IMG/VR virus record: IMGVR_UViG_3300037840_000188
Span: 1-64,000 of that record
DNA: 64,000 nt
Reading direction: 5' to 3' (one strand)
Source of the DNA: a virus
Position numbers and translations under genes: made by a program. Positions 38,733 to 48,651 of the stretch are shown piece after piece. Below the pieces are notes generated by a model, which ran no database searches, was not told where the DNA came from, and saw only the letters and a list, made by a program, of their open reading frames with translations. Positions within the stretch are counted from its first letter, which is position 1, and the number at the start of each line of letters is the position of its first letter.

Positions 38733-39686
38733 GTGACACAAATAAAGGAAACAAGGCAAATGAGTGAAACCCTGATAGTCATTGTGGCCCGACAGGGAAT
38801 TGCGCTAACAAAGCAGACTGTGAATAGCGCCTTAAAGCAACACCCGCCGTGCGATGTTCTTCTGGTGTCAAATCACTGCACCGATGGGACTGACGCGTGG
38901 GCCTCTACTAAAAATATCGCGCGAATTACGTTCCAGAAACAAGTATCATTATCCGCTTGCTGGAATGCCGCGCTGCGTGCCGCATGGCGAATGAAGTATA
39001 AGGCAGTTATTTTATCCAACAACGACGTCCTCTACCGAAGCGATTTTTCTGATTTACTTTTTAAGCACGGCACTGAGTTTGTGAGCTGCGTTTCCGTGGC
39101 AAGTGAAGAGCAACTCGGAATTCCCGGCGACCGTACCGTGGAGGATCTGCGTAAGTCCGAGCGTGACCACCCCGATTTCTCGAATTTTTTGATACGAAAA
39201 TCTGTCACCGATAAGGTGGGATTTTTCAATGAAGATTACTATCCCGGCTATGCTGAGGATTCAGAATTTCATGTTCGGGCATGGCGTGCTGGGGTCCGTC
39301 TGCTCTGTGTAGATCTTCCGTTCGTTCACTTTGGCGCATCCACCCTGAAGCAGGCGAGCGACCGAGAGGCCGTGGTCATCCGAAGAGGAGCCGAAAAGAA
39401 CCGCCTCAGATTTAAGGCGAAGTACGGCTGTCTACCGGGGACGCCTGAGTACGAGAAATTATTTTCGCCGGATCAGTTCGGCATCGACAACCGCCGCATC
39501 CAGTGCGTCGCCTGCGGTTCGCGCGATCATGTCACGTCGCTGTGCCCGATCAACAATGCCGCGATGGCCGGATCGACGAAGCCGTGCTTGGATTGCGCGA
39601 AGATCGCCAAGAACTTCGCGTGGCCTCAGTGGGGCAATGGCGTCCACCTCCAAGGCTGTTCTAGCGCCCCGCGCCCAGCACTCTGA
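38733..39686 (+). CDS. GT2 family glycosyltransferase
   Basis: NHCTDGT, WNA, LSNNDV, GFFNEDY..YAEDSEF..R, H. Confidence 0.85.
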   Translation: MTQIKETRQMSETLIVIVARQGIALTKQTVNSALKQHPPCDVLLVSNHCTDGTDAWASTKNIARITFQKQVSLSACWNAALRAAWRMKYKAVILSNNDVLYRSDFSDLLFKHGTEFVSCVSVASEEQLGIPGDRTVEDLRKSERDHPDFSNFLIRKSVTDKVGFFNEDYYPGYAEDSEFHVRAWRAGVRLLCVDLPFVHFGASTLKQASDREAVVIRRGAEKNRLRFKAKYGCLPGTPEYEKLFSPDQFGIDNRRIQCVACGSRDHVTSLCPINNAAMAGSTKPCLDCAKIAKNFAWPQWGNGVHLQGCSSAPRPAL

Positions 39687-41436
39687 GCGCATCTTCTACC
39701 TGCCGCGCGCCCTCTTCAGCCGGGCGACCGTAGCCGCCAGGCCGGAAGTCCACACCGAATGGCTTGTAGCTCTTTTTCTGTGCGGCATTGATCTTCTTCA
39801 CCCAGGCGTTTTTCTCTTCCATCGGCAGCGCAGCCCACTTGTCCGCATCAATCCCCTGACCGAGAAGATGCTGAGCCATGACGGCATTTTTGTTTGTCGT
39901 CAGAGTGTGTCCGATATCACCGGCGTGCTCGGCGATAGCCTCGGCGTTTTTGTCAGGCGAGGACTGAACCGTCTTAATCAGATTCTGAAGGAGGCCAGAC
40001 GGTGGAGCGGTTGCTGGCACTGGCTCAACGGGCATCGTCAACGGCTGCGGTAGCACGGCCTGCTGGACCGCTGGTGAGACTGGACTCAAGGGTGGCTGAG
40101 CGGCTATCGGAGACGGCACCACAACTCCCGTCGGTGGCTGCGCAAATTCCGCGTTCTTCGTTCCCGGCTTCAATTTGCCAGTGAAATCCTGAACGTTCTT
40201 GAGCGATATCCTCTTGCTCAATTCTTCTGGAGTCGGAAGACCCGTTGCCGCCGAGTAGTCATAATTCGGGATATGGACGGGAACGTCGGTGTCCTCAGGC
40301 GGGACATAGCCCTGATAATATCCAGAGCGACGCGGTGCTGGAGGAGGTGCGCTGTACTGGCTAACATCCAGCGGGAGCGTCGACTTATTTCCTGCGGCGG
40401 TCGGGCCGCTTGTACCGGGATACCGCTCCTGATTGATCAGGTCCTGAACTACCTGGGGCGGGAGTTGGGGCGCTTTCCAGCCCGGTAAAGTAGTTACGGT
40501 ATTACCTTCATTCGGATGGATCGGAGCTGGCGGTGCGGGTGCCCCATATTGAGCGATGTCGGGCGGGAGGGCTGATGACGAATAGCCAGAATAATCTGGC
40601 GGTGGCATGTGGCGCAGATCATATAGGGAAAGGCTGCTTTTTCTTCCCTTTATCGCTCCACGGACAATAGGGCTGAGCGCCCCAGTCGTCCCGCCAATAA
40701 AGGTGCCGAGTCCTGGCTCGCCAAAGAATTCACCCGCTCCGGCTCCCGCTGCGCCACCGCTGAGCCCATAGGCTACCGAAGCTGGCATGGATACGTCTGG
40801 CAGGCCCATCAATTTCGGAATCAGACCATGCGAGACTGGAACTCTCTCAGTAGCCCCTTGCCATGCCCCCTTGACGGCTCCGCTGGCTCCAGCCATAGGC
40901 CTAGACATATCGGGCACGTTCGGCATGTCACGCAGAAGCTCTGGGGCTATCATCCCAGCGGCATTTAATGCTAAATCACCAAACGCCCCCGGGACATCGC
41001 CTTCAGCAGCCGTCTGGTATGGCTTGGCATGCATGTCCTCAAGCATACCCACGCCCGGGATCGCACGGACGAAATTATGCAACGTCGGATTAGTACCATA
41101 CGCAGCCATGTTTTGCTGCATCGACTGAATGGGACGAGCGATAACGTCGCCGTTCAGGAATGAATTTTTTATATCACTCAGGCCTTGGCCTACGTGAGAC
41201 AGGAATCCCTGTCCGGAGGTATCAGTGCCGTAGTTTCTTGGGCGCAGGTCGACTGGGCCGTTCTCTGATTTTTTTGCCTCCCATAGGGCTGCTTTCGCCT
41301 CCTGTGGGAGAGGAATTCCGCCCAAGCGGCTAGCTAAGTCAGCAGGTGAGGTAGCAGCGTGATAAGCTTCCCAGGCGTCCGCGCGAGCGGTCCCCGGTGC
41401 TTGCACTCCTGCGAGAATAGACTGAAGATCAGCCAT
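39661..41436 (-). CDS. putative internal virion (DNA ejection) protein
   Basis: Pro/Gly/Ala-rich large ORF, last in podovirus-like ejection series. Confidence 0.45.
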   Translation of the reverse strand: MADLQSILAGVQAPGTARADAWEAYHAATSPADLASRLGGIPLPQEAKAALWEAKKSENGPVDLRPRNYGTDTSGQGFLSHVGQGLSDIKNSFLNGDVIARPIQSMQQNMAAYGTNPTLHNFVRAIPGVGMLEDMHAKPYQTAAEGDVPGAFGDLALNAAGMIAPELLRDMPNVPDMSRPMAGASGAVKGAWQGATERVPVSHGLIPKLMGLPDVSMPASVAYGLSGGAAGAGAGEFFGEPGLGTFIGGTTGALSPIVRGAIKGRKSSLSLYDLRHMPPPDYSGYSSSALPPDIAQYGAPAPPAPIHPNEGNTVTTLPGWKAPQLPPQVVQDLINQERYPGTSGPTAAGNKSTLPLDVSQYSAPPPAPRRSGYYQGYVPPEDTDVPVHIPNYDYSAATGLPTPEELSKRISLKNVQDFTGKLKPGTKNAEFAQPPTGVVVPSPIAAQPPLSPVSPAVQQAVLPQPLTMPVEPVPATAPPSGLLQNLIKTVQSSPDKNAEAIAEHAGDIGHTLTTNKNAVMAQHLLGQGIDADKWAALPMEEKNAWVKKINAAQKKSYKPFGVDFRPGGYGRPAEEGARQVEDALRVLGAGR

Positions 41437-41442
41437 GAATTA

Positions 41443-43893
41443 TTACTTCGGGGCGAACGGATTATCCGGAGAATATTGAGGTGTAGGAGGAGGCATTAAA
41501 CTACCGCCTTGTGCACCTGTAATCGGCGGCACCACGCCACTCTTCTTCTGGTCCGCTACGGCAGCGGCGCGCTCTTCCAGGATTATCTTTTTAGCCTCGG
41601 ACAGTTTATCGAGCATCAGTTTTGTGCTGTCCGGGTCAAGGCCATGTAGGCGGTCGAACGTCGGAGTATGCTTCATGCCTTCATTGAATACCGGGAAGGA
41701 CCGAGACCCGATGCCCTGGAGCGCGGCAGACCCAGAGCGAAGTCTTTCGAAGGCCGTACCGGTGAATATATCGTCATACGGAGTACTGAACCCAAGCTGG
41801 TATTTCATGTAAGAAGGAATTAAATTCTTCCCCTTCACCTCGTTCAGCCTCTTCGTCAGATCGTCGATTTGGGTAACGACTGGATCTAATATTGAAATGG
41901 ATTTCTGCGCTCCTGCGCTCAGCACATCAGGCATTGGTAGCCCATGAGAAGAGGCGTAGAGTTGAACGCCCTGCATTTGACGACCAGTCGGCGCAGGCCC
42001 TTTGCCTGCTATGTAATTCTCATAATTCGCCTTCGCCAGCGGATCGTTAAACTCGACTGACTTTGGAGCGCCGCTCGCGGGCCTTGATACCGTCCCACCC
42101 ACGGGAGGAGGAATACCTCCGCCGTTTATTGCTGGCGGTACCACAACAGGCATGCCACCACCCTTCGTCCGCGTTGTTGTGATCGGCGGCGCGCCGGGCT
42201 GTTCACTCACGCTCTTACTTGGAATGAATGAAGGATTCACCCCCGCACCAGCAACTGGAGCAGGCCCGATTAGATCTCGCCGGGATTCAAATACAGGATG
42301 CCCAGTCGCATCGACGCCTGTTTGGACTGGCGCTACTTCACCTGGAGTATAAAGATTGGATAGCGGCGCACCGGTAGGGGCTCCACTGCGCGCTCCCACG
42401 CCAACCGGATTTCCGTTTGCGTCCACAAAATACCGATTCGATTCGGTACCGACATGGACATCCATCGGTTCGCGCGTGATCTTGTTCACATCAAGAGTTA
42501 CTGGTGCGTTATCCGCAACGCCCGCCAACGCAGCGTCGAACGTGCCGGGATACTGCTTGCGAATGTCTCCAGCCTTCAGGTTGGTCAGACGCTCTGGCGT
42601 ATAGAGCGCGCTTCCAATCCCCGGCATCATCGGCACTGGTGCACCGATAAGAGAGCCAATTATCGAAGGAATCACATATTCAGAATATCCTTGAGCCTTC
42701 AGTTTTGCGGGAAGTTCTGCGATTCGCGGATCATTCATCAACCGAATCCGGTTCTCGACCAAGTCCGCCTGCTGCCGAAGCGCTTCGTTATGCGCCAGTT
42801 CATCGTTCATCGCTTGCTGCATCAAAGGGCGATTCGCAGGAGCAGCCCACCGCCGGTCGCCCATGTACTTATTCATGATGTCCTGTGGGTCTTTAATGAG
42901 CGGCGTGAGCGGTGCGGCGGTCACAGGTACTGGTAATGTTGTGGGTACTCCGGGAGTGCCTGCTGCGACCGAAGGAGATGGTAGGGCAGCGGCGGAGGCG
43001 GGAAGCGGAGGGGTGGCCTGAGGGGTAAACTTCTGTACCAGTTGATTACCCGCATCCCCAGGCCTGCTCATCAAATCATGGCCGATAGCCCTATGGGTTC
43101 CTGGGTCGTAAATAATCCCAGTGTTTTGATCTCGCTTCAGTACGGACCCATTAGGACCGGAAAAATCCTGCATGGATTGCAATTGCTGGGGGGTTACTTC
43201 TTCGCCTGGAAGCTGCGTGCGGGATGCATAATTCTGCGCTGCTGCGCTCAGTGTGGAATCCGATGCTGGAGCGACACCGGCAGTCTGCTGTACGCCCCCG
43301 CTCGGCGCAGGAATAGCCCCGCTAAAAACACCCTGAAGATAGCTCGATATATTCGTTCCGTCCGGGCCGATCAGGTCTGGCTGTTGAAGATTCGGGAGGT
43401 CCGCATTGGACACGCGCGGCTGCGCTGGCGCTCCAGCCACTGGCGGCGGCACCTCAATCCGCCCCCCATTTGCAGGATTTGCCGCTGGACTGGTGGCTGG
43501 CTGCGCCACATTCGGCAACGCATTTCCACCACTACCGGCTACTTGACCAGGAGGCGTAGCGCCGGGCGGCGGTGGGGGTGGCGTCTGCTGCTGTTGACCA
43601 GCACTCTGCGCAAGGGTCCCTACACCGTTCTGTAGAGCCTGATTATCCTTCTGGCGCTTTTGGACGGTCTTGGAGAAATCCTGAATAATGCCACCCATCG
43701 GCTTTCCCGACAGGGCATCAGTGGCATGCTGAAGCAGCGCGGATCTAGCATCCGGGTCCGACTCCTCAGCGGCCTGTTTTGCCCACATCTGACCGAGGAG
43801 ACTTCGGCGCTGTTCGAGAATTTCCCGCATCTGCTGGCCGTATTGCCCAGCAGCCTGGCCAAAGCCACCGAGCGCGAGTGCAAACCCACCCAT
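41443..43893 (-). CDS. putative internal virion (DNA ejection) protein
   Basis: Gly-rich N-terminus, Pro/Gln-rich, 816 aa; gene order. Confidence 0.5.
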   Translation of the reverse strand: MGGFALALGGFGQAAGQYGQQMREILEQRRSLLGQMWAKQAAEESDPDARSALLQHATDALSGKPMGGIIQDFSKTVQKRQKDNQALQNGVGTLAQSAGQQQQTPPPPPPGATPPGQVAGSGGNALPNVAQPATSPAANPANGGRIEVPPPVAGAPAQPRVSNADLPNLQQPDLIGPDGTNISSYLQGVFSGAIPAPSGGVQQTAGVAPASDSTLSAAAQNYASRTQLPGEEVTPQQLQSMQDFSGPNGSVLKRDQNTGIIYDPGTHRAIGHDLMSRPGDAGNQLVQKFTPQATPPLPASAAALPSPSVAAGTPGVPTTLPVPVTAAPLTPLIKDPQDIMNKYMGDRRWAAPANRPLMQQAMNDELAHNEALRQQADLVENRIRLMNDPRIAELPAKLKAQGYSEYVIPSIIGSLIGAPVPMMPGIGSALYTPERLTNLKAGDIRKQYPGTFDAALAGVADNAPVTLDVNKITREPMDVHVGTESNRYFVDANGNPVGVGARSGAPTGAPLSNLYTPGEVAPVQTGVDATGHPVFESRRDLIGPAPVAGAGVNPSFIPSKSVSEQPGAPPITTTRTKGGGMPVVVPPAINGGGIPPPVGGTVSRPASGAPKSVEFNDPLAKANYENYIAGKGPAPTGRQMQGVQLYASSHGLPMPDVLSAGAQKSISILDPVVTQIDDLTKRLNEVKGKNLIPSYMKYQLGFSTPYDDIFTGTAFERLRSGSAALQGIGSRSFPVFNEGMKHTPTFDRLHGLDPDSTKLMLDKLSEAKKIILEERAAAVADQKKSGVVPPITGAQGGSLMPPPTPQYSPDNPFAPK

Positions 43894-44690
43894 TATGCGA
43901 GAGCCCTCCTCAATGCCATATCAAACACCGGGCGAAGCATCCACCGCACCGGCCCCCTTACGAGCGGAGCGATTTGTCGTCCAATCTTCCGGTATAGCCC
44001 CACTACAACGCTCCCAATTCGGGTGCGGGAGTATTCCATAGCGAGCCACTGGCGAACCGCGTGTGTGCGGATATCGTCCGCACCGTACACCGCTGCTGCG
44101 ATCCAGCAGAGAGTGCCCCAGCCATTACCACCGCCGCCAAAGAGATTGCCTGCCAAGCTGCCACCGCCCGATACTGGTAACGATGCCAGCCCAAACAGAC
44201 CACCACCGATGGCCGCATCAATAGCATTCGACATCTGCTGCACCTGAAGCGCGTTCTGCACACCCGCATTCGCGCTCGATGCTCCTGTATTCAGTAGGTT
44301 GGTCCCGAGCCCTTCCTGCTGGAGCCCGATCTGCGGCAGCGCGCTGGCCGCGCTTGTTCGTGCCCCGCCGAATAAGGATTGGATCTGCTGGTTCGGTGCG
44401 TAACTGGCACCAAAGAGAGTTCCCGACCGACCGCCACCGCGAGGCGTGAGGGTTGAAATACCTTGGAGCTGCTGCTGATTGGCCTGTCGAATCTGATCGA
44501 TGTTCGGTTGAAGAACGGCGGTTGTGTTCGCTCGATTGCCGTTCAGGATCGTTGAAAGAAAATTCGTCCCACTCGTAACATTGGGAGACCCGGCGGCGAA
44601 CTGGGCGTTCGACTGAGCATTTGCCTGCTGGGTTTCGGCTAGCTGCTGATTCTGGGCGTTCTTGACAGATTGATTAGCGCCAAACGACAC
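43893..44690 (-). CDS. putative pilot/ejection protein with C-terminal CFI-box-CTERM-like domain
   Basis: Gln/Gly/Asn-rich body; CWIAAAVYG...R..L......G...V..Y...G..IA. Confidence 0.55.
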   Translation of the reverse strand: MSFGANQSVKNAQNQQLAETQQANAQSNAQFAAGSPNVTSGTNFLSTILNGNRANTTAVLQPNIDQIRQANQQQLQGISTLTPRGGGRSGTLFGASYAPNQQIQSLFGGARTSAASALPQIGLQQEGLGTNLLNTGASSANAGVQNALQVQQMSNAIDAAIGGGLFGLASLPVSGGGSLAGNLFGGGGNGWGTLCWIAAAVYGADDIRTHAVRQWLAMEYSRTRIGSVVVGLYRKIGRQIAPLVRGPVRWMLRPVFDMALRRALA

Positions 44691-44691
44691 G

Positions 44692-45168
44692 TCAATTCAC
44701 CTCCGTAGGGCCAACCCTCTTGCTCAATACGCGCCACGGCTCCTCAGTAAAACCAAAGACCTCGGCCAACTGCTTTACCTCTCCCTCGGGAGCGAAGAGG
44801 AACGCATTAATCACGCCGACACGAGAGACGATTTCATTTTCCATGAAGTGAGCCATGCTCTTGAGGTACATACGGTGTTTGGGAAGTAGATGCAACGGCT
44901 CGATATGCAGAGTTGCTTGCGCAACCAAAAAGCTTTCGGTCGGCTCTCCATCTTCCAAAATGCCAACTATGAAGCTAGTGGATGGATCGGGGAGAACCGC
45001 GCCAGCACGCTCGAAGACCGGCACGAGTTTCTGGCATTCCTCAGGAGTCAAAATTCTCATCTCGATCTTTTTATCTCGGGATGGATTGTCGGAGTATGCC
45101 GTATCAATCGGCTCCGCGCCGGGGAGTGGAAGCAGATCGATATGTGCGGGGGCGCTCATCTCTATCAA
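44692..45168 (-). CDS. GNAT-like virion assembly protein
   Basis: HIEPLHLLPKHR...LAEVFGF; position between tail tube and ejection genes. Confidence 0.45.
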   Translation of the reverse strand: MIEMSAPAHIDLLPLPGAEPIDTAYSDNPSRDKKIEMRILTPEECQKLVPVFERAGAVLPDPSTSFIVGILEDGEPTESFLVAQATLHIEPLHLLPKHRMYLKSMAHFMENEIVSRVGVINAFLFAPEGEVKQLAEVFGFTEEPWRVLSKRVGPTEVN

Positions 45169-45178
45169 GTATAACGCC

Positions 45179-48100
45179 TCAAGTCTTGTAAATCTGGAGG
45201 TTGAGGTAACTGGGTTGCTGCCAAAATTTCACCTCTGGCGCAAAACTTTCCGGAAACAAAGCAAACGGAATACCCCCCGAGTCCAACTCGAAGGCCGCCG
45301 AGAGGAATTTTGCTCCCTGTTCGAACATTTGTTCCTGGATTTTAAACTGACCACCGGTGGAGGGAATCACCACCGAGTAAACGCGGCCATCTTGTGTGGT
45401 GACGGTAAATGTGATCGGCGATGTACTTATGACCCCTGCATATAAGCGCCTCAAGTGCAACCAGGTTCCAGGTGAATCCAATGGAATAAATTGAGTCAAC
45501 ACTCTCGTCGATAGGTACGGCATTAAATACCAGGCAAACTCGGTCAGGTACAAACGCGGCCCAGCGGGACCGCCAGTCCATGAAAAAAGCACTGAAACGT
45601 TTCGGTACAGAGTCAGTATGCTAGGGACATTAGAGATATTCAGGATATTCTGGGTGCGAGGACCGTTTACAGTAAATTGTTGCGCTGGCCCAGCAACTGC
45701 TCCGTTATTGTAATATTGCGTTGCATTGACAATACCGACACCATCCGAATCCGTTACGTAATCCGTGGGGAGTTTTTGCGCACGAAGATCCCCTCCATCC
45801 AGATACGGCACCTGCGCCTGCGAAGTAATATCCACCCCCGCATCATCATTCCCGCCAGCCGAATAAATATTTCCTGACGTAGCTCCGAGTAGCAGGATCT
45901 CCGGCGTCGACGGCGCGGTCACCGACTCATCAACCAGATAATGATTTAAAATCTGATCTCCGTAAGTATGCGGAAACCACCGCTGATGACGAATATCAAA
46001 CCGTAGCGTATTCTGCGCGCTGTTCACGTCAAGATAATCAAAAAATATCTCAAAGTCCCCCGCGCTCAACCGCATGAACTTTCCGGTCTGCGTCATGTCG
46101 ACCGCCGCAAGAGACGGTGACCCAACCGCAGGAGCCCCATCATGCGGAAACAGCGGATACAACTGCGCATCCGTTATGCACTTCGCCCCGGACTCATTGG
46201 CGAGATAGATTCCGTCTCTCCCGAGGAAATAAACTCCATCTGGCCCTCTACAGGATGTCCACCGCGTCCACATTCCCGATGGCGACGGTACGCGATTGAA
46301 CTGATAAACGGAGTTCGTGATGAACGAATACCGAACAAGGAAGATGTTGTCGCGCGATCCAACGATCACAATTCCGTTCCATACCTGACCCGAGATCAGG
46401 GGCTCGCTCGGTGGCGTCAATTCCAGAAAGTTTGTATCACCAGCAGAATCTCCATCCGAAAAATTAGTCCAGTAGAGATTACCCCCGCTCACGGGATCTC
46501 CCAGCGCGAAGACTACCGGAGCCAGCGGGCCTTCGAGAGGGCCGAACGCGTACGGCAGTGGTTGTCCGGCGAGTGTCGGCGATGCGATCAGATATGGGAC
46601 GTTTGTCTGAACACCGGCATCCGTGAATAGCTCAAGAAACGTTGTCGAGCGCGGTTGTCCATATGTCTGGTAATCCACGCCATTGATGGAAATAACCGTT
46701 GCCGATAGAAGCGCCGTATTAAACGGTGTCCCACTGACCCATTCGACTGACGTGCCGACGACATTCACAAAACCAGACCACGGCAGGCCAAGTAACGGCC
46801 ACGGCTGGATCTTCGTCAGATCCGGAGCTGGGCTTGCAAGTATCGAGGTGTCGGGGAGGCCATCCAGGAAGGAATTAGGAGAGCCTGAGTTATTAACGAC
46901 CGTCGCGTCATAAACAAAACCGGTTAACGTGCCACCCTGTCGGTAAATATCGAGCGAATCCACGCCCGCCGCGCTGGTCGCTTGAGGTGTAACGAGTACA
47001 GATTCTCTGAGTGGAAACAGATCGTAGCGTGTTTGCGGCCCTGGCACCGACTCCGCACCGGTGGTCGAGTCGCGATCCACGGACTGATAGAGGTAGCCCG
47101 TGGGTGAGTTCGGTTGGATCGTGGGACCATACGTGCCGAAGAAATAAAACCAGTCCACTCCCCAAAAACCGATTGCAGCGGTTGTTGTTACTACGAACCC
47201 CACGGCATATATAGAAGAAAATCCCAGGCTGAGGTCACTGCCAGTCCGGGTGCCGCTGGAAATGGGAATCACGATCTCTACCCATACGCCAAAGGTTCCA
47301 ACCTCGAATGCTCCCATCTGCTCCTGGGTAACCGTCCATGACCAGTAATTAGTCGTGAAGGCTGTACCGGCAGGCGTTCCTGGGTCTACGTCAACTAGAA
47401 TCTGAAGCGAGACCACGACAGACGGTTCTTCGAGAAATAGAGAAACATGGAGGTAATCGTTGGCAGGATCGATGCTGCGCCCAAGATTAGTGAGAGACCC
47501 GTTTTCTCCTGGAGGAGATCCTCCTGAATTAATCTTAGCTGCAAGTGCAGTGATACCTACAATCGACGTCTGAACGGAAATATATTGAGAGGTGATCGTC
47601 TCGGTTGCTACATGAGCCTGTGTCGTATAGCAGTACCACGACAGAATGCCATTGACCGTAGCCCCGGCGGCGTGATTATGAATCGTCGAGCAGCGAACAG
47701 AATAGGCCGTTCCGTCCGGGGAAAGATTAACTTCAAGAACTCGAACTATCTCCGTGCCACCACCACCGACGATCTGGATCAGAGAGTTGCGCGCCAATCC
47801 TGCGGGTAGATTGACGAGCACGAGAGAGCACGCGCCGGTAGTGCCGGAGTCATACTGAATGGCGGAAATCGTGGTATTAGTAATTGGCTGATGAATCTCC
47901 CGAACAACTACGTACTCCACGTTCGCCTGTCCGAAATTCAGCACCACTGCCATGCGTTCCCCGCTCCACGAGGAGCCGTTCACAGAGGGCTGAATGCAGG
48001 CCCAGCCAGTAGTTCCGGAATTATACAGAATGCTCGATATTGTCGCGCCTGCGCCATTGGTTCGATCAGCGGAAGAGACTATAGCGGGCGAAGTGGCGTT

Positions 48101-48628
48101 CCATCCAGAGTCGCTTTGCCCGTCTACAATATCAGCCGCAGCCGGAGCGCCGTATTCGATCTTCGGGGCTTTGATCGGCGGCGCAACCCCGATCATGCGG
48201 GTAGTGGCATCTGGACGTACTTTTACTTGCTTATTGGCATCGTAAACATACATCCAACTCTCGGGTGACTGTTCGGGGCGGAATGTAACCAGAGAAAGTG
48301 GATTCCCGGAGTACCCAGTATCGATCTGCGCGAGTGCATTTTCCGCGCCAGCTTCGACGATAGTTCCATTGCCAACCACATTGATGTATCCAGTGGCGGC
48401 GAAGGATTCGTCTGGATCATTGAGGCGGCGAATCGAGTGCAGGAGCTTTGGAGCAGATGCCGAGTCATCGTAGAGACTGTAGCCGGGGCGTCCTTCGACG
48501 CGGCCCTCTTCGATCACACGGACATTGGAGAGAACGGGGAAGGAGCCAGGCGGCATCCTGTCGACCACATGAACCAGATCGATTCCAGAGCAGTCGAGGC
48601 GGACTGGTGTGCGGATTATTTCAGGCAT
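45179..48628 (-). CDS. tail tubular/stabilisation (nozzle) protein
   Basis: 1149 aa beta-rich; N-terminal SNVR..GRVEGRPG; GVYFLGRDGIY propeller motif. Confidence 0.6.
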   Translation of the reverse strand: MPEIIRTPVRLDCSGIDLVHVVDRMPPGSFPVLSNVRVIEEGRVEGRPGYSLYDDSASAPKLLHSIRRLNDPDESFAATGYINVVGNGTIVEAGAENALAQIDTGYSGNPLSLVTFRPEQSPESWMYVYDANKQVKVRPDATTRMIGVAPPIKAPKIEYGAPAAADIVDGQSDSGWNATSPAIVSSADRTNGAGATISSILYNSGTTGWACIQPSVNGSSWSGERMAVVLNFGQANVEYVVVREIHQPITNTTISAIQYDSGTTGACSLVLVNLPAGLARNSLIQIVGGGGTEIVRVLEVNLSPDGTAYSVRCSTIHNHAAGATVNGILSWYCYTTQAHVATETITSQYISVQTSIVGITALAAKINSGGSPPGENGSLTNLGRSIDPANDYLHVSLFLEEPSVVVSLQILVDVDPGTPAGTAFTTNYWSWTVTQEQMGAFEVGTFGVWVEIVIPISSGTRTGSDLSLGFSSIYAVGFVVTTTAAIGFWGVDWFYFFGTYGPTIQPNSPTGYLYQSVDRDSTTGAESVPGPQTRYDLFPLRESVLVTPQATSAAGVDSLDIYRQGGTLTGFVYDATVVNNSGSPNSFLDGLPDTSILASPAPDLTKIQPWPLLGLPWSGFVNVVGTSVEWVSGTPFNTALLSATVISINGVDYQTYGQPRSTTFLELFTDAGVQTNVPYLIASPTLAGQPLPYAFGPLEGPLAPVVFALGDPVSGGNLYWTNFSDGDSAGDTNFLELTPPSEPLISGQVWNGIVIVGSRDNIFLVRYSFITNSVYQFNRVPSPSGMWTRWTSCRGPDGVYFLGRDGIYLANESGAKCITDAQLYPLFPHDGAPAVGSPSLAAVDMTQTGKFMRLSAGDFEIFFDYLDVNSAQNTLRFDIRHQRWFPHTYGDQILNHYLVDESVTAPSTPEILLLGATSGNIYSAGGNDDAGVDITSQAQVPYLDGGDLRAQKLPTDYVTDSDGVGIVNATQYYNNGAVAGPAQQFTVNGPRTQNILNISNVPSILTLYRNVSVLFSWTGGPAGPRLYLTEFAWYLMPYLSTRVLTQFIPLDSPGTWLHLRRLYAGVISTSPITFTVTTQDGRVYSVVIPSTGGQFKIQEQMFEQGAKFLSAAFELDSGGIPFALFPESFAPEVKFWQQPSYLNLQIYKT

Positions 48629-48651
48629 CTTGTAATACTCTATATATCGAC

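Noticed and set aside
37777-38736. 319-aa plus-strand ORF
   Set aside because: Phe/Leu/Ser-rich antisense shadow of the GIY-YIG gene.
48617-48629. Contiguous similarity (TATTTCAG-GCATC) to the concatenated NN string
   Set aside because: Short and interrupted, at a level expected by chance; far weaker than the gapped match at 10634.
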